DNA of 64,000 nucleotides from assembly GCF_009914755.1 (NCBI RefSeq), contig NC_060934.1, one strand, 5' to 3'. The DNA is from the human T2T-CHM13v2.0 reference genome, Homo sapiens. Made by a program: the position numbers and the translations under genes. The notes beneath the pieces are model-generated. The model was not told where the DNA came from, ran no database searches, and saw nothing but the letters and a program-made list of their open reading frames with translations. Of the stretch, positions 40,747-56,449 are shown in pieces; the stretch's first letter is position 1; each line of letters starts with the position of its first letter.

Positions 40747-41841
40747 GGAGAACTCCGGCCCGCCGAGGCTGACAGTCGGCTCTTGAGTCGGTGCGCGCCC
40801 GCGGCCCCGCTCGCCGCCCCCAGCCGCCTTGGCACTCCCTTCACGTCTTGACTCCGGGGGCGTCGAGAGGGAACGAGACTGGGACGTTCCCAAACTCTGG
40901 GGGAGGCTCCGGGAGGCCGGGCTTGGGTGGGCCTCCAAGATTGTTCCCACACCCCTGCCCGCTGCAAACCCAATGCCTGGAGGAGGAGACCGAGGTCCAA
41001 GCTAGGAGGTTGAGACTGGCTTAGAGCTCCTCGCGCTTGGCTCCCGAGCCAGCGCGCTTTTGCCCTAGGCCTTCCTGGAGGGGCGAGGAGGGCAGCGGGG
41101 CGGGCAACCAAACCTGCTCCGGGTTCTTTGGGGATTGCTCCCACTCTCTTGGAACCTCTCTGGGCAGCCGCTGCCAATCGCGCACACTTCAGGGTGTGTG
41201 AAAACATCTGCTTGCTGCTTTCTACCTGAATTTCCAGGGCCAACGCCACAAGTCAGGGAGTGCCGTTTCCGGGGCGCCCAGTAAACCTGACCGCCTTGGA
41301 GGGGTGGCGCCGGTTCCATAAGGAAGCTCGGCCATGGCTCTGAATCTCCACCCTGCACTGCCTCCATCCAGAAGTGCCACACTTCCATCCTTTGCCTTTT
41401 GCCACCGGTCCTTCCAGGCCCTTAATGCGACCTAGTCTTCTCCATGCTCCCCCCAGAGATCTATGTGTTCTTTTAAACTTTTTCAGTTTTCACTTTAAAA
41501 TCTCAGTCACGGTTTGTGCTGGGTGCCTGGTTGGTTACCTAAGTTCCCCAGCTTCCTTGAAGGAACACTTAAGGAAGATTTGGCAGTGGTGGTTTTCTAA
41601 AAGACTTCTTAATTCTTCCTTGGAATCGCAGATTTAGTTGTGATGTTTGGAGACCTCCCCCAACCCCTCCCAACAGCATGTAGAAATATTTTTCTTAGTT
41701 ATACTAGCACCTAATGTGGATGGAGCCCTCCCCACAAGCCAGGCACGGCGCTAAGGGCTGTACATCACTGCCTTTAGTTTCCCCGATATCCCTGTGACAT
41801 GGGTATTATTATGATCTCTTTCATAGAGGTGAAGAAGCTAC

Positions 41842-42133
41842 GGCTGGGCGCGGTGGCTCACGCCTGTAATCTCAGCACTTTGGGAGGCTGAGGCGGGCGG
41901 ATCACGAAGTCAGGAGTTCGAGACGAGCCTGGCCAACATGGTGAAACTCCATCTCTACTAAAAAAAAAAAAAATAGCTGGGCTTGGTGGCAGGGGCCTGT
42001 AAACTCAGCTACTTGGGAGGCTGAGGCAGGAGAATCGTTTGAACTTGGGAGATGGAGGTTGCAGTGAGCTGAGATTGTGCACTGCACTCCAGCCTGGGTG
42101 ACAGTGTGAGACTACGTCTCAAAAAAAAGAAAA
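41842..42133 (+). mobile_element. Alu (AluSg-like) inserted in a MIR
   Basis: Dimer with poly-A; MIR sequence continues on both sides. Confidence 0.93.
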
Positions 42134-42322
42134 GAGGTTAAGCAATTTGCTCAAAGTCACACAGCTAGAAAAGAGCGGAGCAGGCGTTAAACTCGGATCT
42201 GTCTGCTTCCAAATGTGTATTTTAATTTTTATTTTTTTAGAGACAAGGTCTTGGTTTGTTGCCTAGGTTGGAGTGCAGTGGCACAATCTTGGTTCACTGC
42301 AGCCTCAAACTCGTGGGCTTCA

Positions 42323-43084
42323 CACTGATCATTACAGAAATGCAAATCAAAACTGCAATGAGATACCATACCGTCAGAATGGCTATTATTAAAAAGTCAA
42401 AAAATAACAGATGCTGGTGAGGTTGCAGAGAAAATGGAATGCTTATACACTGCTGGTGGAAATGTAAATTAGTTCAACTATTGTGAAAAGTAGTTTGGTG
42501 ATTTCTTAAAGAACTTAAAACAGAACTACCATTCAACCCAGAAATCCCATTATTGGATATATACCCAAAGGAATATAAATGGTTCTACCATAAAGACATA
42601 TGCACATGTATGTTTATTGCAGCACTACTCATAATAGCAGAGATATGGAATCAACCTAAATGGTCATCAACAGTAGACTGGATAAACAAAATATGGTGCA
42701 TATATACCATGGAATACTATGCAGCCATAAAAAAGAACAAGACCATGTCCTTTGCAGCAAGGAAGAATGGAGCTGGGGGTCATTTTCATAAGCAAACTAA
42801 TGCAAGAACGGATAACCAAATACCACATGTTCTCACTTTTAAGTGGGATCTAAATACTGAGTACACATGGACACACAAAAGGGAACAACAGACACCACAG
42901 CCTACTTGAGGGTGGAGGGTGAGAGGAGAGTAGGGATTGAAAAATTACCTATTGAGCACTATGCTTACTACCTGTGTGATTAAATAATCTCCACACCAAA
43001 CCCCTATGACACACAATTTACCTATATAACAATTTGCACATTTGCCCCGAATCTAAAATAAAAGTTTAAAAAGAAAAAGAAGAA
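42323..43084 (+). mobile_element. 5'-truncated L1 (L1PA15/16-like): ORF2 end, 3'UTR and poly-A
   Basis: gaaatgcaaatcaaaac...; 3'UTR aaaaattacctattgagcactatgctt...ctaaaataaaagtt. Confidence 0.88.
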
Positions 43085-43164
43085 TAATCAGAAAATTAAA
43101 TATTTTTAAAAATATATTTAAGGTAAAACTGGAATGTATTGTGTTAAATGAAATAAAATATTTA

Positions 43165-43476
<312 letters not shown>

Positions 43477-46400
43477 AAATGAAATAAAATGTTTACAAAC
43501 AAACCAACAACAATAAAAAAAAACCTCCTGGGCTTCAGTAATCCTCCCGCCTCAGCCTCCCAGGTAGCTAGGACTACAGGCACATACCATGACACTCGCC
43601 TAGTTTTGTTGTTGTTGTTGTTAATTTATTATTTATAAAGATGGGGCCTCCAACTCCTAGGCTCAAGTGATCCTTCCACCTCGGCCTCCCATAGCGCTTG
43701 GATTATATGTGTGAGTCACTCTGCCAGCCCCAAATATTCACAAAACTTCTTGGCACTCATAGGAAGTGCCAGGCTGTTTGTTACCATCTCATGGGGCACA
43801 CAGACCAGTGAACAACACAGCACAGTGAGGTAGATGCTCTGATAAGACAGAAACACGAGGGATTCTGGGAACACACAAGAGGACACTGAAGCAGCAACGG
43901 CTGCACTGAGTTCCATGAATTTGAAGAGTGCGACGAGCTGGCTGAGTGGGATGAGTTCGAGTTAGTGAGGTGACAGGAAAGGTACAGTGAGTGCAGCTTT
44001 CCAGGCAGAAAGGACAGTGGGAACAGAGGCAGGGAGATGAGCCTTTTCAGGGTCAAACAGCTCTGTTGCTGTAGCAGAAAGGGAGAAGCCAGGAATGAAG
44101 CAAGTGAGGCTGGAAAGGTGGGTGCAGCACTGTTCCAGGGCCTAGAGTGCTGAGCTGAGGTGATTAGACAGCACTGAAGAGTGTTGGTGCCCCGGGGATC
44201 CCCCAGGGGCTGAGAGCAGGGGGAGCACAGGAGGCAGTTGTACCCACCAGGTGAGAAGCTATGGGGTGGTGGAAAAGCCAATGGGGAAGAGAGGACTGAT
44301 GGCAGCAACCTTCTGGAAGTTGTGCCTGAGCAGAGTGTGAGGGAGGAGAAGAGCTGAGGCCGACTCTGCAGTTTCCAGCAATTTGAGTGGTTAGGTGAAC
44401 AGCGTCATGCAGCCCTCAGATGTGGGGCCTGCTGTGTGCCAGGTGTCTCCAGGATCTGCAGAGCATGAGCAGGGCAAACAAGTCCTGCTCTCCTGGGCTG
44501 CTTTGGGGGTGGGGATGGAGACAATGAGCAGGAAAAGAGTCACACTCAGAAGTGGCTGCAGGTTGGGGAGTTGAAGGGAGAAAGTGAAAGGCCCATGGTG
44601 CTCCCAGGGGAGTTAGAACACTGGGTCTGAGCCCTGGAGCTCAGCCCCTTACATCAGCACCCTGTTCCACGTGGGCCTGCTCAGGAGGGCTCAAGAAATA
44701 GAAAAGTCAGAGGCTGTGGCAAGAATGCTGACGTCTCATGCATAAGAGGAGAGGGAACAGCGTTCCGCGGGCCTCCATGCAAGCTGGAACTGGAAAGTGG
44801 GGCAGGACGGATGGTGTCTTGCCTTTTTGCCTTCTCTTTCTCCTTCCCTTCCTTTCCTCATATTGCAAATGGCCCGGCCTGGCATCCACCCTCTATTCTA
44901 CCGGTGTCAAGAGACTATTAGCAATGGGTCCTGGTTTCCTTTCAAATTCTCAGGGCAAATCTGATGGTGTAACTCTTCCTTTTGAAGGAAGCCTCAAGTC
45001 TCTGTTCCCAGCCCTGGCTGTCAATTGGGGTCAGCAGGGCCAGGTTACAAGGTCCCACTCAGCAGCCGTTTTGCTTGAGTTGACTCTCCCACCAGGGTGG
45101 CTAGGAGCAAATTGAGCTATCTCTGTTTCACAAATGAGGAAGCAAAGAAGTTAGGTGACTCACCCAAAGTCTCAAAGGAATCTCTTTCAAAACTAGGACT
45201 CAAAAATGAAGTTTCCTGACTCCAATTTCCTGGACTTTACCATGGCCCTTAGTTCAGGCTTTCGAAGGGCTCCAACTGGACAGTTTCACCCCGGCAAACC
45301 CTTTGATAGCCATCTCCCTGAACACTTCCTGTAACCGCAGCACCCTCCCTGCAGGCTGGGGACAGCTCGATATCTCCATTTTGCCTGTCCTCTCTCCCCC
45401 TTTCCTCTCTTGCCCCAGCCCCTTTAATTACCTCTTCCCTAAATCCTCTCTAGTTTATTGATGGAGACTTGGCAAATCCCAGAGGCTCTAGACAAAACAA
45501 AAATCAATCAGAAATGTATGCAGAGTGAATTTAAAATGGGAATTCACCGCCTTTTCCAAGAACAAAACTGAAGGGAAAAAAATAAAAAACCCCACCACTT
45601 AAAACCGTCAATAGGAATCTTGGGCCTCTGGAAGCTCAGCACTGTCTCCTCCTCTCCAAAACCTGGGTGCAATTTAACCCCTTGTGGCTTTGCAACGTCC
45701 ACACAGGGTTCATTCACATTCCGATTCAAATTCATTGGGTTTTTGGCCTCAGGAATCAGACGATCTGGTTCCTAGCTCATGCTCAATCCTCTGGGGGTGC
45801 TACCACTGACCCCACCCTGGACCACAGGATCAGAAACGATCCATTCCAATGCAGACAGTCCTCAGAGCAGACTGAGTAACGCTGCCCTGCAATCCAGGTA
45901 GCGAGTGTTTCCGCTGAGCTCAGATGGGGTAGGAGGGCTCTAGGCCCCCTGGGTGTGTTGGCTGAAAGTGTCCAGAGGAAGAGAACTGAGCTTCAGGATC
46001 ACCTACTGTCCTAAACCAATTCTCAGCAGCAGAGATGTTCCTTCAAACACCAGGGGCTTCTCCAGCTGAGACAAGAAGGAGGGGGTACCCACCAGAAGGC
46101 AGTTGCTTTACAGACTTTATCCTGTTTAATTCTCACAGTGATCTGGACAGCAGATATTATTTCCCCCCATTTCACAGATGGAGACCTTGAGTAACTTGCC
46201 CAAGGCCACAGGTGGGCAGGGCACAAGGCAGTCCCACTGAAGCAGTGTCTCTGACCAGACTTCTCACCCAGGCACTCTTTTGTGATCATGTATTGTCAAA
46301 AGCCATTCCTGAAACTATTCTCAGCGTCATGCCTACACATTCTATATCACAGCCAGCTCAAAAGCCACTCCTCTGAGGATGTCCCCCGACCCAAGAAGCC

Positions 46401-46764
46401 TGCACCCCCTTCTCAGCACAGCCCCACACTCTGGCTCTTCCAGGCAGTCTGCCCCTACTCACAGTGCTCTCGTGTATTGCATTAATCCCCTGCTGTTGTG
46501 TTTAATATAGCACCTGGCACATAGTAGGTACTCAGTCATGCCTGTTGAATGAAGAAATGAATGATTGTCCCATTTTTTATCCCTCTTGGGGTTTCTGTGA
46601 AAAGGAAAATAAAAACTACAAAATGTCTTTTCTAGTTCAGATTGGTGAAACAGATTATTGCTAAAGGGCACATCAGGTCTGGTTGGGCATGGGGTGGGAT
46701 AAAGCAGGAGGAAGGCTTCATGGAGGAGGTGGCCTTTGAACAAAGCCTTGAAGGGATGAAATAA

Positions 46765-47475
46765 TTTTTTTTCCTTATTGTGGTAAAATATACATAAAAT
46801 TTACTATCTTAATAATGTTTAGTGTACAGTTCAGTGACATTAAATACATTTAAATTGTTGTGCAGCTATCACCACTATTCATCTCCAGAACTTTTTCATC
46901 ACCCCAAACCGAAACTGTACCCCATTAAACAGTAACTCCCCATTCTCCTTCTCCCTAGCCCCTGGAAACTACTATTCTACTTTCTATCTCTATGAATTTG
47001 ATATTCTCGGCACCTTATATAAGTGGAATTATACAGTATTTGTCCTTTTGTGTCTGTCTTGTTTCACTTAGCATGTCTTCAAGGTTCATCCATGTTGTGG
47101 CATATATCAGAATTTCATTCTTTCAGGGATGAATAATATTCCATTGTATGTATATACCACATTTTATTTATCTCTTACTTGTCAATGGACACTTGGGTTG
47201 CTCCTACCTTTTGGCTATTTTGAATAATACTGTTATGAACATTAGTGTACAGATATCTATTTGAGTCCTTGCTTTCAGTTCTTTTGGGAATATACCTAGG
47301 AGTGGAGTTGTTGAGTCATGTGGTAATTCTATGCTTAACTTTTTGAGGAACCACCAAACTGTTTTCCACAGTGGTTGCACCATTTTACATTCCTACCTGT
47401 AATGTACAAGAGTTTCAATTTCTCCACATCCTCACCAACAGTTGTTATTTTCCGTTAAAAAAAAATTATACTCGT
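46765..47475 (-). mobile_element. L1MB-type 3' end
   Basis: ttattgtggtaaaatatacataaaat...ttgaggaaccaccaaactgttttccacagtgg. Confidence 0.85.
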
Positions 47476-49998
47476 CGAGTGGGCTTCATTTGTTTTTCAA
47501 GACTCTGAAGTCAATGAGGCCTAAAGTTAACATTTCTTAGATCTGAGTGGTTGGTACATGAGAACTTTTTATATTATGCAATGAGGACCACTGTCTGGGG
47601 TCCACTCTTCTCATTGTTTTACATTTGAGGAAACTGAGGCTCAGAATCTCAAAACTGGAAGTGTTCACTGAGGATGATTGAGCCTCTCAGCCAATATGTT
47701 TGCAATACTCCAGCATTTTTAGAAACAATAAATGTTTGGCTTAAAGCAAGCAAAGGCTGAGAGGGTGAGGAGAGGAGGAGGGTGCGGAGGCTCTAGGAGG
47801 GGGATCTCCTGGGTGTCCCTCTGAGTTCGGCTCTGTGCCAGTCCATAGCCAGTGACTTAATAGAGAAAAGAAAGACACATCAGTTCCCCTCTCCAGACTC
47901 ACGGTGGCTTCACCTCCACATCTCCGCAGACGTGACCTACATAAGTCAGGTGTTACAGGCCTACAAACCGGGGTGAGTAAGATTACTTTTAGCTACACCT
48001 CTAGGAAGTGTTCAGCTTACAAAAACACCTCTAGTCTATTCTGGTCAATATTCCTATAAAGATTGAGTTTATCTAAAGGGGTCATTGGTTTTTATAAATT
48101 TCCTTATTATATTCCTGTGAAGTAGAGTAAACAAAAGGTGACTTTCTAAGGACCCACATAATTGAAGATCAAAGAGCCCAAGAAAGTCAGTTTTGGAAGT
48201 GGCAGATGTAGGGCATCTCTATTCTGACCCTGCTTTCATACAGAGGTTGGTGACTCTGAGAACCAGTGTGCTTGCCCATGTCACGCTGTGGTTCAGGGGC
48301 TCATGATCCAGAGCCCGGGCCTCCTTTCTGTGGCCTGAGTGTCCTGGGCCCTCCTTGGTCCCTAGGATGTTTGATGAGCAGGCCTGATGGGTTTCTACTC
48401 AATGTGCACAAGGTGTATCCTCCTCTGGAGGCTCTGTGGGCGCTAGCTCAGCCTCACTCTTTCCTCTCCCACTCCAGAAAGCACACTGGATGCTTTTGCA
48501 AACTACTCCCCCACCCTCCAGATTCTGATATGTCATCCTTCACCCTCCAGAAGAGATCAAGAATTGACCCTCCCTCATCACCTTTCTTACTTTCCTCCTG
48601 AAATCACACACCCAACTCTTAGCTAACCTACTCTTAGCTAACAGGTAGGATTCTCAAATTCTCAACAGGGTTTCTTCTCCAGTTGTCAGGTCTGGAGGAA
48701 GCAAAAGGACCAATTCTGCAGTTATCGTCCCATCAAAATCAGAGGTTCTGTCACTCAGTGAACAGACACATCCTCAATTGGTCTTTGTCTCCTACCATTT
48801 CCCTCTTGTCTTTATCTCATACTCCCTGGCTCACCTGCAGGCCCTTTGCCTCCCATTTCCTACCATGATTTCTAACCCATGGGTGTAGACTATTTCAGAG
48901 CTGTTTGGAAACTTAGAGTCAATACTGAACCCAACCCTGTGGCCTCACATTCAAGATGCGGGAACCCAGGGAGATGCCAGCCCCAGAGCCCAGACACAGT
49001 ATCCCAGCAAGGGCTCCTTGTCCCTCTGCTTCTCTTCAGGGCTCTGCTGACCTATCTCACTGGGCAGTCCTAACCCCACATCATCCTGAGTAAGTCTCAC
49101 AGCTTCGCTGAAATTTGCCTGAGTTGTTCTGGTTCCTGGACATTTGCCAAGGTCTTGATCTTGGATTCACTTCCTTGATGATTTTTTTTTCCTCTTTTTT
49201 TTGCTGACTCTTCCTGTGATTGCTAAGATCTTCATTTCTCAGATGAGGCTCAAGCAGAAATGCAGCTGGACCAGAATTGGCAGCTCCACGGATTCCTCAG
49301 AGTCCCCAGACCAGGGTAGCCCGGAGAGGAATCATTGCTTCACGCCTGGAAGCACTTCCTTATCAGCAGAGCAATGCCTTCCCCTTCTGGAATGCCCTCC
49401 CAGACCCAGCCAAGACTTCCTCTTCCATCAAGGCGCCAAGAACTTCTTGAAAGGATTGAAAAGTTGAAAGGATTCTTGCAATCCTGTGATACTTTTAGTC
49501 AAGATTCATTTCTTGCTTGATAACAGAAAATAAAGACCATTTTTCTAGGTCTTCTCTCTCCAAATAGACTACAACTGCATGTGAACAGGAACTCAACAGA
49601 GGTGCCTTGGAAGCCAGTCAGGGCTGGCAGACCTCGGGTGGTTGGGTTTATAGATTTGTTGGTTGGCAGACCTGCTGCATGCCTACGGCCGCTCACACTG
49701 AGTCATCCACTTCTCTGCAGTGGGTGCTTCCTCCAGCACCTCGCTGCCAGCAAGCTCAGCTCCCCAAGGCCTCTTGAGGCTGCCTGGGCACCTCATCAGA
49801 CCAGAAAAGCTCAGCTTCTGCATCCTTCTTCATTTAGCATGGCTGAGCTTCTTCCACCTCTCTCACTCCTGGGTTTCAGAACACCACTCTCTCCTGGTTT
49901 ACATGCCTGGCTGCAACCTCTTCCAGCTCCTCAGATCCTGGGTGAACTCTTTATGGACCCCTTTTCCCATGGTTGGATGGATGGATAAAGTAACATTT

Positions 49999-51692
<1,694 letters not shown>

Positions 51693-52419
51693 AGCCATGG
51701 ATCTGGGTAATTGGTGGGAACAGGAGAAGAAACTACTTTAGAGATTGTCCCAATCTTGCAGAAACAAGATTTTATTAGTATCCAAGAAAAAGAGGTGGGT
51801 AGTGATGAGGCTCTGGCCAAGCAACCCCGTGGGAGATGGGAGTGAAACAGAAGGCAGTCCGGAGGGTATAGGCACGCATCTTTGTATTCCTGCCACGAGA
51901 TACCTCTCCAATAGGTCCTGTGTGCTACCTGCAGCTCACCAATCTGCCTACCCTTAGACACACAGCTTGTGTTTCCCTTAAAAGTGCCAATTGAATTCCT
52001 ACCCCTCATCTTCAAGGTTGGAAACAGGGGTGCTGAGAGATGGCATGGCTTACAAGAGCCAAATGAGCAGGTCATGGCGGAGCTACGGCTGGACTCTGTG
52101 GTCCTGATTCCCAGCCGCTGTACTGATTGTGAACCCAGGGTAACTGTGGCCTCCATGATAGGAAATGTTGCTGCACCTGGCCAAGGGCCCTGGTCCTGTT
52201 CTCCTGCTCAAAGGCAGCCTTTCTAGGGCCCCAAACACCAACCTCCTCACTGTGAGTACAGTCTAGCACATAGTAAATGGCCACAAGTTATTCATGGAAT
52301 GAGGGAATGAAGGAGCAAGGCATTCTCAGCAGGAGTGATTGTGCCCCCAAGGGGATGAAAATTGGATCTTGGGGGTGAAAAAAAAATTTCACCTACAGTA
52401 TATAAACGTACACAGAGTC

Positions 52420-52452
<33 letters not shown>

Positions 52453-52460
52453 CAGAGAGA
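52420..52460. repeat. (GA)n microsatellite, within a possible hAT-type DNA element (about 52315-52590)
   Basis: The repeat is seen directly; cattctcagc..tgtgcccccaagggga and ggttgagaaacac resemble hAT MER termini. Confidence 0.8.
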
Positions 52461-53139
52461 AAAAATATAAACAGATATAGTTTATCTGCAGCATTAAAAT
52501 TTCATGGGGGAGCAATTAGGACAAAATGTCTAAGAAGACTCCTGGGGGAGGCAATAATGAAATAATGAAAAAGTGGTTGAGAAACACAGGAATATGGGCT
52601 CTGGAGTCCAGGTTAGAATCTCCCCTCCATCTCTTTCTAGCTGGCGGACCTTGGACAAGTTACGTCCACTTTTTACCTCAGTTTCTCCCTCAGTCAAATG
52701 GGAATGAAAATTCTACTCACCTCAGAGGCTGTTGTGAGGATTCCGTGAGACAATCCATGGAAAAAGTTTAGCTCAGTGTCTGTGTGTAAGTTCACAACTG
52801 ATATTAGTTGCAATAATGATTAAGGTGGCTGAAAATGAGGAACTCTTCCCACCATTGTGATAATGTCATAGGAAACAGGACTCCCGTGGCAGATAAAACA
52901 GAGCTACCAATTGTTCCAATGGCCATCACCCTACAGGCAAAAGAGTCCTGCTCAGTGCTAAGTATTGGAATTGGATCTCTCATTTCAACCACCCGGCTCC
53001 CATCCACCACCCACTCAGCTACCACCCTCCACCTCGCTGAGCAAGGTACCAGGCACTTTGTTGGATAAATTGCATGAAGCCCTTAAGGGACTTACAGCCC
53101 CAGAGGGAGACAGGAAACTCTATCCTTTTTCCCTTTTCC

Positions 53140-53429
53140 TTTTTTTTTGAAGTGGGGTCTCGCTTTGCTACCTAGGCTGGAGTGCAGTGGTGCCGTACAG
53201 CTCATTGCAGCCTCAACCTCCTGAACTCAAGTGATCCTCTTGCCTCAGCCTCTTGAGTAGCTGGGACTACAGGTACATGCCACCATGCTCTGTAATTTTG
53301 TTCACTTCTTGTAAAGATGAGATCTCACTATGTTGCCCATGCTGGTCTTGAACTCCTGGGCTCAAAGTATCCCCCGACCTCAGCCTCCCAAAGTGCTGGG
53401 ATTACAGGTGTAAGCCACCACACTTGGCC
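53140..53429 (-). mobile_element. Alu (AluJ-like)
   Basis: Reverse dimer; TSD gaaa(c/g)tctatcct. Confidence 0.92.
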
Positions 53430-53469
53430 AGAAAGTCTATCCTCACTGGAAAAACAGCCTAATTTAAGC

Positions 53470-53630
53470 CAGTGATTCTCAAACTTTAACTTGTATAGCA
53501 ATCACCTGGGGATCGTTTCAAAATTTAGACCTGATTCAGTAGATCTAGGGTTGGAGTGGAGATTTGACACTTCTGACAAGCTCCAGGTGATACCAATGCC
53601 AGTGGTTTAAGCTACAGTTTAAGGAGCGAA
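53470..53630. mobile_element. MER5A-like DNA transposon
   Basis: cagtgattctcaaactt...aatcacctgggg...ctgattcagtagatctaggg...acaagctccaggtgat. Confidence 0.75.
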
Positions 53631-54440
53631 GTGTTGAAGGAGCTGCTGTTTTCCACAGTTTGCCAAACTGGGGAAATGGTGTTTTTCTTTCTCTGCCGAT
53701 GGCTGCATATTATTTTGACATCTGATGGGGTCCACAATAAAGTGTCTAAAAAATTTCACGTTGGTAAATTATGGAAGAAAATCTTCAAGGAGAGTTCATC
53801 CTGCAACCAGGAGTCACAGTGGGTCCTGAGTATTTTGAACACTGTACTACTGTGAGATCGCTTCAGTGTTCCTGCTGGGTCACACGGCTATACTTGTTTT
53901 TCTTTTATGATCAAAATACGTAGGAGGAGGGAGGGGAAAAGAGACAGAGAGAAAGAAAGAGAAGGGGAGGAGAGGGAGAGAGGAGGATCATTATAATACA
54001 ACTTCCTAACTTCTTTTTGGAAACAGCCTAAGGTAGCCATAATTTCTTCTGGCAGAAATGACTGAGAGAATATAAATGGGAATCTTTTATAGAGGAAGCC
54101 CAAGCAGGGCAGAATATTTGAAACCAGGCCAGCATAATCGTACAGTGTCTAGGGATCCCATTCTATCACTAGATTAGAATTTTTATTAGAATTCAAGTAA
54201 TGTTTATGGAATATCTTAGAATCATTCAGAGCATAAGATTCAGAGAAAAGAACCAGAAGCCCCAAGATGTCAAGAAACAGAATTTTCTTAAAAAATGCAT
54301 TTAAGAAGCAGTTTCCTCAGAAGAAGCCTAACCTGTTAGTACATGAAGATGTGGCAACTTGGACTGTTCAGAGAATGAAGTTGTGAGTGTGCTTGGCTTG
54401 TGGATTTGTTCCTTGATCTGTCCCGACTGACCTGAGAGCT

Positions 54441-54807
54441 TGCTATGGTTTGAATGTGTCCCTCAAAGTCCATGTGCTGAAAACTTAATCCCCAATGCAA
54501 CAGAGAATTAAGATGGGACCATTAAGAGCTGATTAGGTCATGAGGGTTCTGTCCTCATGTGTGGGCTAATGATATTATTGAGGGAGTGGTTTCCTGATAC
54601 AGAGCAAGAGTTCATTCCCCTTTCTGTCTTGCTCTCTCTCACCCTTTCACCTCCGACCATGGGATGAGCAGCATTAAGGCCCTCACCAGATGCCAGTGCC
54701 AGGCTCTTGGACTTCCCAGCCACCAGAACTATGAGCCAATTAAATATTTGTTCATTATAAATTACCCAGTCCCTGTGATTCTGTTATAGAAGCATAAGAC
54801 AAAGACA
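54441..54807 (+). mobile_element. MaLR solo LTR, MST family
   Basis: tgctatggtttgaatgtgtcc...ataaattacccagtc...aagaca; 5-bp TSD gagct/gggct. Confidence 0.88.
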
Positions 54808-55329
54808 GGGCTCTTGGAAGATTCCTATCCTACCTCACACAACTATTATTGCTTAATTCAAATGACAACTGGAAGTACCCAAGTGCTGAGTGCATTAGAA
54901 TCTATGGTCTAGCCAATAGGTGGGCCTCCTTGGCGTGGGGTGTAAAAGTGGGACAGTTGTGGGAATCTGTGAGGAAGGTTTTCTTGAGTGTGGATCATGA
55001 ATTGATTTAAATGTGACCTTCAGGTTGTAGAGTCAGAGTGCCTTGGGTTAGAAGCAGCACAGGTGCATCATTTATGATCCCTGTGACATTGTCCAGATTT
55101 CTTTATCAAATGAAACAAACATATGGGATTACGATAATATCTATTTCATAAACAAGTAAGGATTCTGTAGGATGAAGCACACAAAGAAGTTAGCATAGTA
55201 TCTGGGACAGAGTGAGTGCTTGAAAATGATAGTGAGCACATTTAGGAAGTGCCCAGGTCGTGGGTAGGTGGGGAGTGGGGGACTAAGCTGGAGGAAAGAG
55301 CTAAGAGCTTAAAAAGTTGTTTTTCTTTT

Positions 55330-55642
55330 AATTTTTTTTTGAAATTATTTATTTATTTTTAGACAGTGTCTTGCTCTGTCACCCAGGCTGGAGTGCAGTG
55401 GTACAATCATGGCTCACTGCAGTCTCAACTTCCCTGGGACCAGGTGATCCTCCCACCTCAGCCTCCCAAGTAGCTGGGACCATAGGCATGTGCCACCATG
55501 TCCGGTCAATTTTTGTATTTTTTGTAGAGACGGGGTTTCACCGTGTTGCCCAGGCTGGTCTTGAACTCCTGGGCTCAAGCAATCTGCCCGCCTCAGCCTC
55601 CCAAAGTGCTAGGATTACAGGCATGAACCACCATGCCGGGCC
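55330..55642 (-). mobile_element. Alu (AluJ-like)
   Basis: Reverse dimer; TSD aagttgtttttct. Confidence 0.92.
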
Positions 55643-56122
55643 GCAAGTTGTTTTTCTAGCAGTGCCTTCCTTCCTGCGCAGAGAACCAAATTCAAGCCCT
55701 CACTCTTGGCCATAAATAGAGGCGCGAGCCACTGCACAAGCTTCTTGCCCACTTCTCACCTGCCCAGGCTTCCTGCCCACTTCCCATCACAGAAGAAGCC
55801 AACATAGCCACTTCTGAGGCTCTCCTGCAAAAGCTCTAGAAATGCATGGCCCTTGCTTTTGAGTTTCACCTTTGCCAGACTCCCAGGATCTCTGTCTTCT
55901 CCGAAGTGATTGCATCTTTCTTTACTGTGTAGTTTTTTTGCTTTTTGTTTTTTATAATAAAAACAAAACTTTACATCTTTCCAAATTAATTACTCTTTTT
56001 TGTCATTGGATGTGTTTTTAATTGTGCTGAGTTTTACCTTACTGATGGGTCATAATTTTTATAACCATTCTCCCACTGAGGGGTTGCAATATTCTAAATA
56101 GAACATATAAGAACATCTTTAT

Positions 56123-56424
56123 GGCCGGGCGCTGTGGCTCACGCCTGTAATCCCAGCACTTTGGGAGGCCGAGGCAGGCGGATCATGAGGTCAGGAGATT
56201 GAGACCATCCTGGCTAACACAGTGAAACACCGTCTCTACTAAAAATACAAAAAATTAGCTGGGCGTGGTGGCGGGCACCTGTAATCCCAGCTACTCGGGA
56301 GGCTGAGGCAGGACAATGGCGTTGAACCCAGGAGGCAGAGCTTGCAGTGAGCCGAGATCATGCCACTGCACTCCAGCCTGGGCGACAGAGTGAGACTCCG
56401 TCTCAAAAAAAAAAAAAAAAAAAA
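56123..56424 (+). mobile_element. AluY
   Basis: AluY diagnostics; perfect TSD aagaacatctttat at 56109-56122 and 56425-56438. Confidence 0.95.
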
Positions 56425-56449
56425 AAGAACATCTTTATGCAGATTATTT

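Larger units (their letters stand above)
39650..41330. promoter_or_regulatory. AFAP1L2: CpG island / AFAP1L2 promoter and first exon
   Basis: Very high GC and CpG density, GC boxes, and it surrounds the initiation codon. The exact TSS cannot be determined from sequence. Confidence 0.92.

Noticed and set aside
39702-41249. Long ORFs in the CpG island (e.g. 40141-40950 minus 269 aa, 40515-41249 minus 244 aa, 39751-40254 plus 167 aa)
   Set aside because: Gly/Arg/Pro/Ala-rich low-complexity translations on both strands, as expected from stop-codon scarcity in GC-rich DNA; no recognisable domain.
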